Shown: positions 55,222-64,000 of the stretch, piece by piece
Numbering within the stretch: position 1 is the stretch's first letter
Layout: each line of letters opens with the position of its first letter
Assembly (NCBI GenBank): GCA_963705425.1
Contig: CAVPJO010000006.1
Coordinates: forward strand, 60,599 to 124,598
Direction of reading: 5' to 3'
Length of the DNA stretch: 64,000 nt
Source of the DNA: an uncultured Chloroflexia bacterium
GTDB taxonomy: Bacteria; Chloroflexota; Limnocylindria; Limnocylindrales; CSP1-4
The notes under the pieces: generated by a model
Told to the model about the DNA's origin: nothing
Database searches by the model: none
What the model saw: only the letters and a program-made list of their open reading frames with translations
Made by a program: the position numbers and the translations under genes

Positions 55222-56922
55222 CTAGACCCCGGCGTTGAAGAGCGACACGAGCTTGAACTCGACATCGCCCTCACTGGCATTGATGCTGGCCGCCTCCACC
55301 AGGGAAGCCAGCCGGCCAAGCTCGTCAAGGTCAGCCTCGAAGCCGACCGTGAACACCGGGATGCGCGCACCCGCGATGACCTCGTCGACATCCCCGAACT
55401 CGAGGCCCTCGTTGGTCTCGCCGTCGGTCAACACCACGAGCATGTACTTGCCGCTCGGGTCAGCCGCACGCTGCTCGATGAGCATGTCCAGGCCAAGCAC
55501 GATACCGTCGTACATGGCCGTTCCGCCGACCGGATCCATGTCCTCGACGGCAGCCGCGAAACGAGCCTGCTGGTTGAGGTCGAAGGTCGCGATATCGAGC
55601 ACCTTGCGCACGCTGTCGCTGAACTCGACCATGCCCACCGATGCTGCGGGGTTGATGAACTCGCGAGCCGAGCTCAGCGCGCCCTGCACGGCCACGATCC
55701 GGGAGCCGGCCATGGACCCGCTGGTGTCGGTCACGAAGACCGCGTAGACGGGCCGCCCCGCGTCCTTCTTGTCCTTCCACAGGCTCTGCGCTTCGATGAG
55801 CGTCTGCCCGGACGGGACAGACACATCCGAGACGAAGTCGGGCGGAGCGAAGCCGTACTCAGACGCCTTGTCCCGGAGCTCCTGGCCCTCGATGTGGGCA
55901 GCGAACGACTCCAGGGTCTCCCGCTCCCCCGGCGTCGCGCTGTCGAAGGCATACAGTGGGTTGTCGTGGCGGACCCCGAAGGGGATGAACTCGAAACCAG
56001 ATCGCAGTGAGTCGGTGTTGGCGAAGGTCTGCCATTCCATGACGAAGGCGTCGAGCGTGCCGTTGTCCTTCTCCACCGAGTCCCGCATCTGGATGGTGGT
56101 GAAGGCCACGAACGGCACCTGCTCCTGGAACGCCTGGAAGACGCTGGCCACGTCGGGCGCGACCAGGCGCGCTTCGTCACCCGCGGCGAAATCGTCGAGC
56201 ACGGTGAGCAGGAAGTTGAGCCCGGTCGAGGAAGCGAACGGGTCCGTGTAGCCCATCACCAGCTCGCCGGCGATGACTGCTTCGATGAGCGTCTTGGTGT
56301 CGAGCTCGCCGTACTTCTCGCGAAGCTGCTCCGCGGTCTCGTCCTTCATGACGATGCCGGCCACGTTGGGCACGGTCTGATCGGTCACGACGGACATGGG
56401 CCTGTGCACCTTGGCCATCTCGACCCAGAGGTGGTTGGAAGGGCTGAAGCCGGCGGGCACGTTGTCGCCCGCGGCGATGAACTGGTAGCCCGTGCCCGAA
56501 GCGATCTTGCGGATGGCGACCTTGGCGTCGCGCCCATCGGCCAGCTTCTGGTTCGAGGCGTTGAAGGATTCGGCAGCCTCGACCATCCAGCCATCGATGC
56601 CGGAACCGGACTTCTCGGTGGAGGCGAAGATCTCAGCCACGACCTGGTCGGAGCGCGGCTGCGGATCGACCACGAGCGCGAACTGGCTGATGTCGGGGAG
56701 CGTATCGGCGAGCACCTTCTGCGGCGGCGCCACGCTGGCCTTGCGGGTGACCGGCGCATCGAACCAGCCGATGTCAGCAGCCAGCTCGCTGATGCTCTGC
56801 TCCGCCGAGGCTTGGTCGAGCGGCTCGGTGTCGCCATCGAGATCACCGCTGCAGGCTGTGACCGCCAAAGCGAGCGCCACCAGGGCCGCGATGAGGAGCT
56901 TCGGTCGCGTGTTGTCTGTCAT
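55222..56922 (-). CDS. Lipoprotein with C-terminal von Willebrand factor A (vWA) domain
   Basis: Lipobox LALAVTAC|SG. C-terminal vWA with VYAVFVTDTSGSMAGSR (DxSxS MIDAS), LVVLTDGETNEG and IPVFTVGF. 566 aa. Confidence 0.8.
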   Translation of the reverse strand: MTDNTRPKLLIAALVALALAVTACSGDLDGDTEPLDQASAEQSISELAADIGWFDAPVTRKASVAPPQKVLADTLPDISQFALVVDPQPRSDQVVAEIFASTEKSGSGIDGWMVEAAESFNASNQKLADGRDAKVAIRKIASGTGYQFIAAGDNVPAGFSPSNHLWVEMAKVHRPMSVVTDQTVPNVAGIVMKDETAEQLREKYGELDTKTLIEAVIAGELVMGYTDPFASSTGLNFLLTVLDDFAAGDEARLVAPDVASVFQAFQEQVPFVAFTTIQMRDSVEKDNGTLDAFVMEWQTFANTDSLRSGFEFIPFGVRHDNPLYAFDSATPGERETLESFAAHIEGQELRDKASEYGFAPPDFVSDVSVPSGQTLIEAQSLWKDKKDAGRPVYAVFVTDTSGSMAGSRIVAVQGALSSAREFINPAASVGMVEFSDSVRKVLDIATFDLNQQARFAAAVEDMDPVGGTAMYDGIVLGLDMLIEQRAADPSGKYMLVVLTDGETNEGLEFGDVDEVIAGARIPVFTVGFEADLDELGRLASLVEAASINASEGDVEFKLVSLFNAGV

Positions 56923-56951
56923 GACGCGTTCCCCATTGGTGCGGGTCTGAT

Positions 56952-58154
56952 TCAGGCGTCCCTCTCGACATCGAGCGAGCCGACCGCTGCCGTGCCGCGC
57001 TCGTGCGTCTCGATGGCCTTCTCGGCCTCGGTCGTGAGCTGGTCCAGTTCGACGATGCTGTGCGCCATCTGGGGCAGGGCCTCGCGGCGGTAGCGTGAGA
57101 TCTCATCGAGGGCGATGTTGATGTCACCGAAGGCTGACTTGAGAGCTTCCATGTCCAGCATCGTGCTCGCGGCCTGTTGGTGGATCTGGGTGCCCTGCGT
57201 CTTGAGGCGCTCGGCCGTGCCGGCGATGAGGTCGGATGTGGTGCGGTTGAGCGCCTCGACCTTGTCGAGGACGACCTTCTGATGGGCCACGGCCATGGCC
57301 ACCGCGACGGCGATCTGGAGGGCGCTGATGGTCACGTCCACGGCGCGGTCCACGCCGCGCACGAGCTCGCGGTTGTTGCGGATGATCAGCGCGGTCGCAA
57401 GCACGCCTTGCTGGTTCACGGCCAGCTGCTGCTGCAGGTCCATGGTGCGCTGGCGCAGGATGAAGACGAGCTCCTCCTCGATGAAGGCACGTCGCGGATC
57501 ACCCGGCTCGATCTCCTCGTCGAGCTTGGCGTTGATGGCCGCATCGAGGGCCTGCGCGAGGGCCACCTGCTCAGACAGCGTCAGCGTCAGCTCACGCATG
57601 TTCTTCTGGTCCTCGTTGAGGGTCACGTTGTCGCGCTTGAGTTGATCACGCCCGCTCTCGAGCGAACGGATGATGGCGTCGATGACGCCTTGCGACGTCT
57701 CGAACTGCATGAAGTAGCGCTGCAGTGGCGTGCCCAGGCCCGGGATCATGCGCAGCGTGCGGTTGAACCAGCCCGGCTCGAGATCGAGCGAGGTGGGGTC
57801 CAGCTTCTCGACCTCGATGCGCAGATCAGCCAGGGACTTGGCGACCGGGCCTCCCTCTTCGGTCTCGCGCGAAAGGTCTCGCAAGGGCGCCTGCAGCATG
57901 CGGCTACGACTGGCCGCGCGCCGCTGCAGGTCGCGACCCATGCCCTCGACCGCGTCGATGCTGGTGACCCTGGCGTCCTGGTCAGCGGGGTCCACGGCGA
58001 CGAGCTGGGCGGCATACTCAGCCGCCCGCTGCTGCAGCTTCTGGTCGATGGTCGGCTCGACCACGACCACCTCGGCCTTGGTCTCCTCGACGTTCAGATC
58101 GAGCTTCAGTACGGGGCTCTCGTCCCGGCCCGCGGATCCGGTTTGGCTCGTCAT
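56952..58154 (-). CDS. TelA/YaaN-like toxic-anion-resistance family protein (all-helical, about 400 aa)
   Basis: Size, helical repeat composition, a C-terminal YRREALPQM-type block and linkage to a 2TM XpaC-like gene resemble the TelA/KlaA family. Assigned from family resemblance, not a motif search. Confidence 0.6.
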   Translation of the reverse strand: MTSQTGSAGRDESPVLKLDLNVEETKAEVVVVEPTIDQKLQQRAAEYAAQLVAVDPADQDARVTSIDAVEGMGRDLQRRAASRSRMLQAPLRDLSRETEEGGPVAKSLADLRIEVEKLDPTSLDLEPGWFNRTLRMIPGLGTPLQRYFMQFETSQGVIDAIIRSLESGRDQLKRDNVTLNEDQKNMRELTLTLSEQVALAQALDAAINAKLDEEIEPGDPRRAFIEEELVFILRQRTMDLQQQLAVNQQGVLATALIIRNNRELVRGVDRAVDVTISALQIAVAVAMAVAHQKVVLDKVEALNRTTSDLIAGTAERLKTQGTQIHQQAASTMLDMEALKSAFGDINIALDEISRYRREALPQMAHSIVELDQLTTEAEKAIETHERGTAAVGSLDVERDA

Positions 58155-58207
58155 CTATGCACTCCCTTTGGCTCGCTGACTGGCAACAGCAGCGACGTCT
58201 CCTGATA

Positions 58208-58962
58208 TCAGGTGGTGGCGTATCGGCTGGCCCGATCGGCCAGCTCTTCGAGTGCTTCCATGGCCGCCTCGGCATCTCGCGGGGTCAAGCCGATGGGTGC
58301 GTCCGCGAGGGCGGTCGAGGTGCGGTCGAGCAAGGTCATGGCCGATTCGTTCTGGGCCAGCAGGTAGGTGACCTTAGCCTGTTGTGTGGCCGCCAATGCG
58401 CGGCGATCCTGCAGCGACTCGATCTCTGCCTGCGTGGAGTCACCGGCCTCGCCCTTGAGCTCGGCCAACCTGGCGTCGATGTAGTCGGGGTCGATGGTGC
58501 TGACGCTGCCCATGGCCACCGCGACCTCCCGCAGGTTGCTGATGACCGCAAGGTAGACCTGCTGGGCGGTCGACTGGTAGCGCGCATAGGTCAACTCGCC
58601 GGTCTTGAGGCGCCGGTCGAGCATGGCCGACAGGTTTTCACGCTTCACCGTGATGGCCTGTAGCTGGTGGGCCGGACGCGGGTCGTCGAGTCGCTCCAAC
58701 TCGTCACGGAGCAGGCGCAAGTCCGTGTCGCTCACCTCGGGCAGGGTCGGTGCCTTGAACTGCAGTCGCCTGAGCGTTCCGGTCGCAGCAAGCAAGAGCG
58801 GCCAGGCGACGACGGCGATGATGCCGACCACGACGACCACGACGGCCAGCACCGTCGGCGGCTGCATGAGCATCAGGATCGCAGCCACGAGCACCACCAC
58901 GGCACCGATCGCGATCCAGGAGGGCGGGTAGCTCATGACCGCCTGCCACCAACTCTTCATGC
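58208..58962 (-). CDS. XpaC-like 2-TM protein with cytoplasmic coiled-coil domain, first gene of the operon
   Basis: MKSWWQAV..., two TM helices (IAIGAVVVLVAAILMLM and VLAVVVVVVGIIAVVAWPLLLAA), then a helical domain. Lies 53 nt upstream of the TelA-like gene. Confidence 0.5.
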
Positions 58963-59191
58963 CATCGAACCTCCAGCCTTGATGTGGCCCGCGGAGTATC
59001 CATGATGACTGTCGGCGGCAACGACCGGTAGTCGCAAGAGCCATCCGGCCCACGGGCCGAGAGCGGGGCGAGGAGTCGGGCCAGGGGCCGGGCGCAGACC
59101 ATGTGCTGGCCGTGCGCCCCGGGCTGAACGGCCCCCGACGAGGGTCTGATCGAACGTTCCGAGCGCGCCCGACCAGCTCTAGGCTGGCGGT

Positions 59192-60295
59192 ATGAAACGC
59201 GTAGTGCTGCACTTGACATTGCTTGCGATCATCGTCGCGGCCATGGTCATCGGCATCGCGGCCGGCCTGGCACGCCTGGGCATCGAGGTGCCCACGGCGG
59301 CCATGGAGCGCGCCCTGGACCACGGCCCCATCCTCGTGGCCGGCGTCTTCGGCACGCTCATCTCACTGGAACGCGCAGTGGCCATGCGTACTGTCATGAC
59401 GCGCGGCTGGACGTGGGCTGACGCAGCCCCGGTGCTCGGTGGCGCCGGCACCATCGTGCTGCTGATCGATGGCGCCACCGTGCCCGCGATGGCCTTGCTG
59501 ACCGCCGGCGCAGCCGTCCTGGTCGGGGTCAACCTCGAGATGCTGCGACGCCATCCCACGCTGGATGTGCTGACCATGGCCATCGGCGCAGGCTTCCTGC
59601 TGCTGGCCGACGCGGCCTGGCTGGCCGCGCGCCCGGTGCCCTTCCTGACGCCGTGGTGGATGGCCTTCCTGGTGCTGACCATCACTGGCGAGCGACTGGA
59701 ACTGGCCCGGTTGCGCGTGCAGGGCCGCTTCGCCCGGGCCTCGTTCGCGGTCGCAGCCGCGGTCTACATCGGTGCGCTGCTGTCCATGACCGCCGATGTC
59801 GCGCTGGGCGTCCGCCTGTCCGGCATCGGCATGGTCGCGCTCACGGCCTGGTTGCTGCGCTTCGACATCGCCTGGCTGACCATCCGGCGCCCGGGACTGC
59901 CACGCTTCGTGGCTGCTTGCCTGCTGGCCGGCTACGCCTGGCTGGGAGTGGCCGGGCTCATCGCGGTCATGAACGAGCAGATCTGGGCCGGCTTCAGCTA
60001 CGACGCCTACCTGCACGCCGTGCTGCTCGGCTTCGTGTTCTCGATGGTCTTCGGCCACGCACCCATCATCTTTCCGGCCATCCTGGAGCGGCCCATCAGC
60101 TTCCACCCCATCGCCTGGCTGCCACTGGTTCTGCTCCACGTCGCGGTCGCGGCACGCATCCTTGGCGACGTGGCCATGAACCAGGCGCTGCGACAGGGCG
60201 CGGGCCTGCTGACCGGAGTCGCTATCGCCGCCTACGGCGTGGTCATCGTCGTCGGCCTCAGCGGGGGTCGTGGATCGCGCAGCGGCGGCGGATAG
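59192..60295 (+). CDS. Polytopic integral membrane protein of unknown function (10-12 TM, conserved His residues)
   Basis: 367-aa intact ORF. Hydrophobic helices throughout. FSMVFGHAPIIFPAIL block. Confidence 0.55.
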   Translation: MKRVVLHLTLLAIIVAAMVIGIAAGLARLGIEVPTAAMERALDHGPILVAGVFGTLISLERAVAMRTVMTRGWTWADAAPVLGGAGTIVLLIDGATVPAMALLTAGAAVLVGVNLEMLRRHPTLDVLTMAIGAGFLLLADAAWLAARPVPFLTPWWMAFLVLTITGERLELARLRVQGRFARASFAVAAAVYIGALLSMTADVALGVRLSGIGMVALTAWLLRFDIAWLTIRRPGLPRFVAACLLAGYAWLGVAGLIAVMNEQIWAGFSYDAYLHAVLLGFVFSMVFGHAPIIFPAILERPISFHPIAWLPLVLLHVAVAARILGDVAMNQALRQGAGLLTGVAIAAYGVVIVVGLSGGRGSRSGGG

Positions 60296-60406
60296 GCCGG
60301 TCGGCCGCCAAGGAGAGTGCCCAGGGGCGCCCGGTCAGGACGAACGGCCCTTCCCTTGCCGCCTGTCCTGGGTACCATATTGCTTGTATGAACCGAACTT
60401 ACAGTA

Positions 60407-60883
60407 ATGACTGACACTACGCGAGCCCGGGGCCTTGAGATCACGGAGCTCATGGGCGTGTGGTTCTCGTCGCTCGGCGTGCCACGGTCGACCGGGCAGA
60501 TCTTCGGCTACCTCATGGGCTGCGATCCGGCCGAGCAGTCGGCGGGCGAGATCGCCGCGGGCACCGGTATGAGCCGTGCCTCGGTCAGCGCGGGGGCACG
60601 CATGCTCGTGCAGTTGAAGGCCATCGAAGAGCGACACCGCGTCGGTGACCGCAAGACCTACTACCGACTGCGGTCCGGCTGGTGGGTCCAGGCGACCATG
60701 ACCAAGTTATCGGGTTTCGATCGGCTGGCCGACGAGGCCAGACGTATCAAGGCCGCCGGCAGCGTGACCCGCACCGACGGCCTTGACGAGCTCATCGCGT
60801 TCGCCGAGTTCTGGCATGAGGAGTTGCCCGGGCTGGCTGAGCGCTGGGAACGGCGACGGAAGGCACTGAGTGAGGAAGCATGA
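60407..60883 (+). CDS. MarR/GbsR-type winged-helix transcriptional regulator
   Basis: GQIFGYLMGCDPAEQSAGEIAAGTGMSRASVSAGARMLVQLKAIEE HTH block. Stop overlaps the start of the ABC ATPase gene. Confidence 0.65.
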   Translation: MTDTTRARGLEITELMGVWFSSLGVPRSTGQIFGYLMGCDPAEQSAGEIAAGTGMSRASVSAGARMLVQLKAIEERHRVGDRKTYYRLRSGWWVQATMTKLSGFDRLADEARRIKAAGSVTRTDGLDELIAFAEFWHEELPGLAERWERRRKALSEEA

Positions 60884-61797
60884 CCACGAACGACGGAGCA
60901 GCCCCCATCAAGACGGAAGGGCTGACCAAGCACTACAAGGACGTCAAGGCGCTCGTCGACCTGGACCTTGAGGTCCAGCGTGGCGAGGTCTTCGGGTTCC
61001 TGGGACCCAACGGTGCCGGCAAGACGACGACCATCCGCAGCCTGCTGCACTTCATCTTCCCGACCGCGGGCTCAGCCACGGTGCTGGGACTGGACGTCGC
61101 CACCAATGCCGTCGAGATCCGCAGCCGCGTGGCCTACATGCCCTCGGAGTACTCGCTGTACCCGAAGCTCACGGGGGCCGAGAACATCACCTACCTGGCC
61201 AACCTGCGCGGCGGCGTGGACCTCGATGTCGTGAGCTCGCTGGCCGAACGCTTGGACGTCGACCTGACCCGCAAGGTCAGTGACCTCTCCACGGGCAACA
61301 AGCAGAAGGTCGGGCTCATCCAGGCCTTCATGAATCAGTCGGAGCTGATCATCCTCGACGAGCCCAGCACCGGCCTCGACCCGCTGATGCAGCAGGAGCT
61401 GCAGACCATGATCCGCGAGGTCCGCAAGGATGGACGCACGGTCTTCCTGTCCAGCCATAGCCTGGCTGAGGTCGAGCGTGTCGCCGACCGAGTCGGCATC
61501 CTGCGCCACGGTCGCCTCGTGGTGGTCGAGCGCGTCGACGCCCTGAAGCGCAAGGCCATCCGGCGCATCGATCTCGAGTTCGACGAACCCGTCGACGCTG
61601 CCGTCTTCGAGTCGGTAGACGGCGTGCGCTCGGCCGCGGCGCGCGGCAACACGGTCGTGGTCTCGTTCGAGGGCTCGGTCAACGCGCTGCTGCGGACCGC
61701 TCTCGACCAGGACGTCGTCAACGTCAACAGCCGCGAGGCGGATCTCGAACAGATCTTCCTGGCCTACTACCACGGGAATGGCGACGATGTTGCGTAA
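60880..61797 (+). CDS. ABC transporter ATP-binding protein (ABC-2 exporter type)
   Basis: GFLGPNGAGKTTTIR (Walker A), LSTGNKQKVGLIQA (signature), LIILDEPSTGLD (Walker B) and SSHSL (H-loop). Confidence 0.9.
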   Translation: MTTNDGAAPIKTEGLTKHYKDVKALVDLDLEVQRGEVFGFLGPNGAGKTTTIRSLLHFIFPTAGSATVLGLDVATNAVEIRSRVAYMPSEYSLYPKLTGAENITYLANLRGGVDLDVVSSLAERLDVDLTRKVSDLSTGNKQKVGLIQAFMNQSELIILDEPSTGLDPLMQQELQTMIREVRKDGRTVFLSSHSLAEVERVADRVGILRHGRLVVVERVDALKRKAIRRIDLEFDEPVDAAVFESVDGVRSAAARGNTVVVSFEGSVNALLRTALDQDVVNVNSREADLEQIFLAYYHGNGDDVA

Positions 61798-62587
61798 CCA
61801 CCTGCTCGGGAGCGTCTTCTCCAAGACCATCCGCGACTGGCTGTTGTGGACGGTCATCGCGGTCATCGCGATGTGGGCGATCTCCGCGCTGTATATCGGC
61901 ATCATGGCTTCATCGGGCGACGCTTACGTGACCATGATGGACGACTTCCCCGAGGCCCTCGCCAGCGTCTACGGCATGAACGATGGCACGGCCGAAGGGC
62001 TGGCCATGAGCGGCATCTTCTTCCTCATCGGCCCACTCGTGCTGCTGACCTACGCAATCGGGCTGGGCTCCAGCGCCGCGGTCGGCGAGGAGGAGGCACG
62101 CAGCTTGCCCATCCTGCTCTCGAGCCCACTGCGCCGGCGCTCCATCCTCTTGGCCAAGACCGCTGTCGCGGCCATCGGTGTACTGGTCATCACGGCCCTG
62201 ACCTGGGTCGGGATCGTGGTCTTCGCGGCACTGGTGGGCATGGACCTCTCGGAGCAGAACGTCACGGGCGCGAGCATCCAGCTGCTGGGCATGGTCTTCC
62301 TGTTCGGCGCGCTGGCGCTGGGCCTCAGCGCCTGGCGCGGCTCATCCGCCCTGGGCATCGGCGTGGCCGCCGGTCTGGCCGTGCTCTCGTACTTCGTGAC
62401 CACGCTGCTGCCGGTCGTCGAGGAGCTGGCCGACATCGCCAGGCTGACACCCTGGTACCTGTTCAGCGGGGCTGACTCGCTGAGCCACGGCGTCGACCCG
62501 GTCCTGCTCGGCATCGCTGCCCTGATCGCCGCCGCGTTGTTCGGCCTGGGCGTCTACACGCTCGACCGCCGAGACCTGAAGGGATAG
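61778..62587 (+). CDS. ABC-2 family transporter permease
   Basis: 269-aa 6-TM ORF overlapping the ATPase gene by 20 nt. Confidence 0.75.
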   Translation: MATMLRNHLLGSVFSKTIRDWLLWTVIAVIAMWAISALYIGIMASSGDAYVTMMDDFPEALASVYGMNDGTAEGLAMSGIFFLIGPLVLLTYAIGLGSSAAVGEEEARSLPILLSSPLRRRSILLAKTAVAAIGVLVITALTWVGIVVFAALVGMDLSEQNVTGASIQLLGMVFLFGALALGLSAWRGSSALGIGVAAGLAVLSYFVTTLLPVVEELADIARLTPWYLFSGADSLSHGVDPVLLGIAALIAAALFGLGVYTLDRRDLKG

Positions 62588-62591
62588 CACC

Positions 62592-63425
62592 ATGACCACC
62601 ACCTCCCTCCCGGGTGTGCGCAGCTACCAGCGGTTCGCCATCACCAACAGCTTCACCAAGGCGGTCATGGACCGCATGCTGCTGGCCCTCATCGTGGGGC
62701 TCGGCGTGGGCGCCATGGGCTTGTCCATGGGCCCCATGTGGCTCGCCCTCAAAGACGTCATCGGGGAGATGCTGGACCAGTTCCCCGAGTCCATCATGGC
62801 CATCGCCGGTGGTGCCGACATGGCCGTCGCATCCGGCTGGTACACCGGGGAGATGTACTCCATCGTAGTGCCGTTCGCGGTGATGTTCGTGGCCGTCGCC
62901 TCAGCCGCCCGAGCCTTCGGCGGCGAGATGGAGAACGAGACCATCGGATTGGTGATGTCCACGCCCACGCGCCGCACCCGGCTGGCCGTCGACAAGGTCG
63001 TGGCCATGCTCGTCCACGTAGCCATCGCCTCCGGGCTCATCGGCCTGCTGGTCTGGATCGGCATCGTGGTCAGCGGCATCGACATCGGCATCGGCCATGT
63101 CTTTGCCATCAGCTTCATGGTGGCGCTGCTGTCGGTGTTCGTCGGCGGCATCGCCATGGTCGTCTCCATCGTCTCGGGTCGCGGCGTGCCGGCCATGCTC
63201 GTGGCCATGCTCGTGGCCATCGTCATGTACGCCTGGTCCAGCTTCGTGCCCATGGCCGATGCCATCGCCGACCTGGCCTGGATGTCGCCGTGGCACCACT
63301 TCATCGCCACCGACCCCATGGGCAGCGGCATCGATCTGGTCTCAGCGGCCATCCTGGCCATCCTGGCCATCCTGCCCCTGGTCGTGAGCGTGTACCTCTT
63401 CAAGCGGCGCGACATCGCCGCCTAG
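62592..63425 (+). CDS. ABC-2 family transporter permease (second)
   Basis: 277-aa 6-TM ORF, 4 nt after the previous permease. Confidence 0.75.
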   Translation: MTTTSLPGVRSYQRFAITNSFTKAVMDRMLLALIVGLGVGAMGLSMGPMWLALKDVIGEMLDQFPESIMAIAGGADMAVASGWYTGEMYSIVVPFAVMFVAVASAARAFGGEMENETIGLVMSTPTRRTRLAVDKVVAMLVHVAIASGLIGLLVWIGIVVSGIDIGIGHVFAISFMVALLSVFVGGIAMVVSIVSGRGVPAMLVAMLVAIVMYAWSSFVPMADAIADLAWMSPWHHFIATDPMGSGIDLVSAAILAILAILPLVVSVYLFKRRDIAA

Positions 63426-63491
63426 CATCGACCAGCGGGGACGACCGCACGGCGGCTGGACCAGCAGGCCAGCCGCCGGCCGGGACGACAC

Positions 63492-63965
63492 CTACGGCTC
63501 CTGCCGTCGGGCCTGCCACCAGCTGGCCGCGAACGCGACCGAGACCGCGCACGCGGCACCGACCGTGACCCCGGCGAGCGTGTCGCTGAACCAGTGGGCG
63601 CGAAGGTAGACGCGGCTGGCAGCCATCAGCAGGGCGTAGCCGACGGCCACGGTGAGCCAGGTCCGGCGGCGAGGTCCGGCCGGCACGGAGATCAGTACCA
63701 GCGAGATGGCCAGGGCCGCCGCGGTCAGAGAATGACCAGAGACGAACGAGTAGGTCTGCTCCTCTACCAGGCCCTGCGGCGGTCGGGCCCGCTCGTAGAC
63801 GTTCTTGATGACCACATTGAGGCCGGTAGCCAGGGCCATGGTCCCCAGCCAGACCGCCAGCCCAGGCCAGCGGCGCGCCCAGGTGAGCACCAGGCCCACG
63901 ATGATCACGATGGCCACGCTGGCGGTGGTGCCGCCGAAGACGTCGCAGAAGTGCGCCGCGGCCAC
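63492..63965 (-). CDS. PAP2-family phosphatase (phosphatidic acid phosphatase type 2 / undecaprenyl-PP phosphatase-like). The N-terminus may extend beyond the window
   Basis: KNVYERARPP, SFVSGHSLTAAALAI and ASRVYLRAHWFSDTLAG, the three PAP2 signature blocks (KxxxxxxRP, PSGH, SRxxxxxHxxxD). Confidence 0.7.
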   Translation of the reverse strand: MAAAHFCDVFGGTTASVAIVIIVGLVLTWARRWPGLAVWLGTMALATGLNVVIKNVYERARPPQGLVEEQTYSFVSGHSLTAAALAISLVLISVPAGPRRRTWLTVAVGYALLMAASRVYLRAHWFSDTLAGVTVGAACAVSVAFAASWWQARRQEP

Positions 63966-64000
63966 GAGCAGGTCCTGCTCGGCGGCGATGACCCGGTCGT

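Overview
This is a high-GC (about 70%) actinobacterial-type chromosomal window; all gene calls rest on translated motifs read by eye from the ORF track and the raw sequence. Content in order:
- 1-2615: an MBOAT O-acyltransferase followed by two tandem SGNH-like paralogs.
- 2781-6302: an ECF-type transporter module, S-T-A1-A2.
- 6663-11826: a BMP-family nucleoside ABC transporter plus an FCY1-type cytosine deaminase.
- 12409-14796: a secreted 795-aa FG-GAP protein.
- 15436-18529: a CysO-dependent cysteine synthesis cluster (rhodanese-E1 / CysO / CysM / Mec+).
- 18662-21872: a suf Fe-S cluster, Rrf2-sufC-sufS-sufU with no sufB/D.
- 23964-30518: a Pro-rich DUF4389 protein, LhgO, BI-1, a PduO adenosyltransferase, a DUF59 protein, PfkA and a DUF433 pair.
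- 33395-34935: lysine 2,3-aminomutase.
- 35380-38924: three tandem Flp pilin genes followed by two tandem sulfotransferase paralogs.
- 38932-47000: CcdA, CapA, tRNA-Asp, threonine aldolase, DUF885, a HisA-like gene and FumC, most of them heavily frameshifted.
- 47008-48263: an SDR and an F420-type Ddn-like reductase.
- 48685-50585: tRNA-Arg followed by a Fic-gene islet bounded by a partial tRNA-Arg direct repeat.
- 50874-54445: an NspS/MbaA-like polyamine-binding protein plus a GGDEF-EAL protein.
- 54450-54830: an ECF-sigma remnant.
- 54821-58962: a tight XpaC-like / TelA-like / vWA-lipoprotein / small membrane protein operon.
- 60407-63425: a MarR-regulated ABC-2 exporter, then a PAP2 phosphatase.
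I counted about 45 frameshift-type interruptions across about 20 otherwise well-conserved genes, while neighbouring long ORFs are intact. That points to recent indels or systematic assembly error rather than old pseudogenes. The most interesting candidate system is the XpaC/TelA/vWA operon at 54821-58962. The Flp-pilin/sulfotransferase locus and the tRNA-Arg/Fic islet come next.
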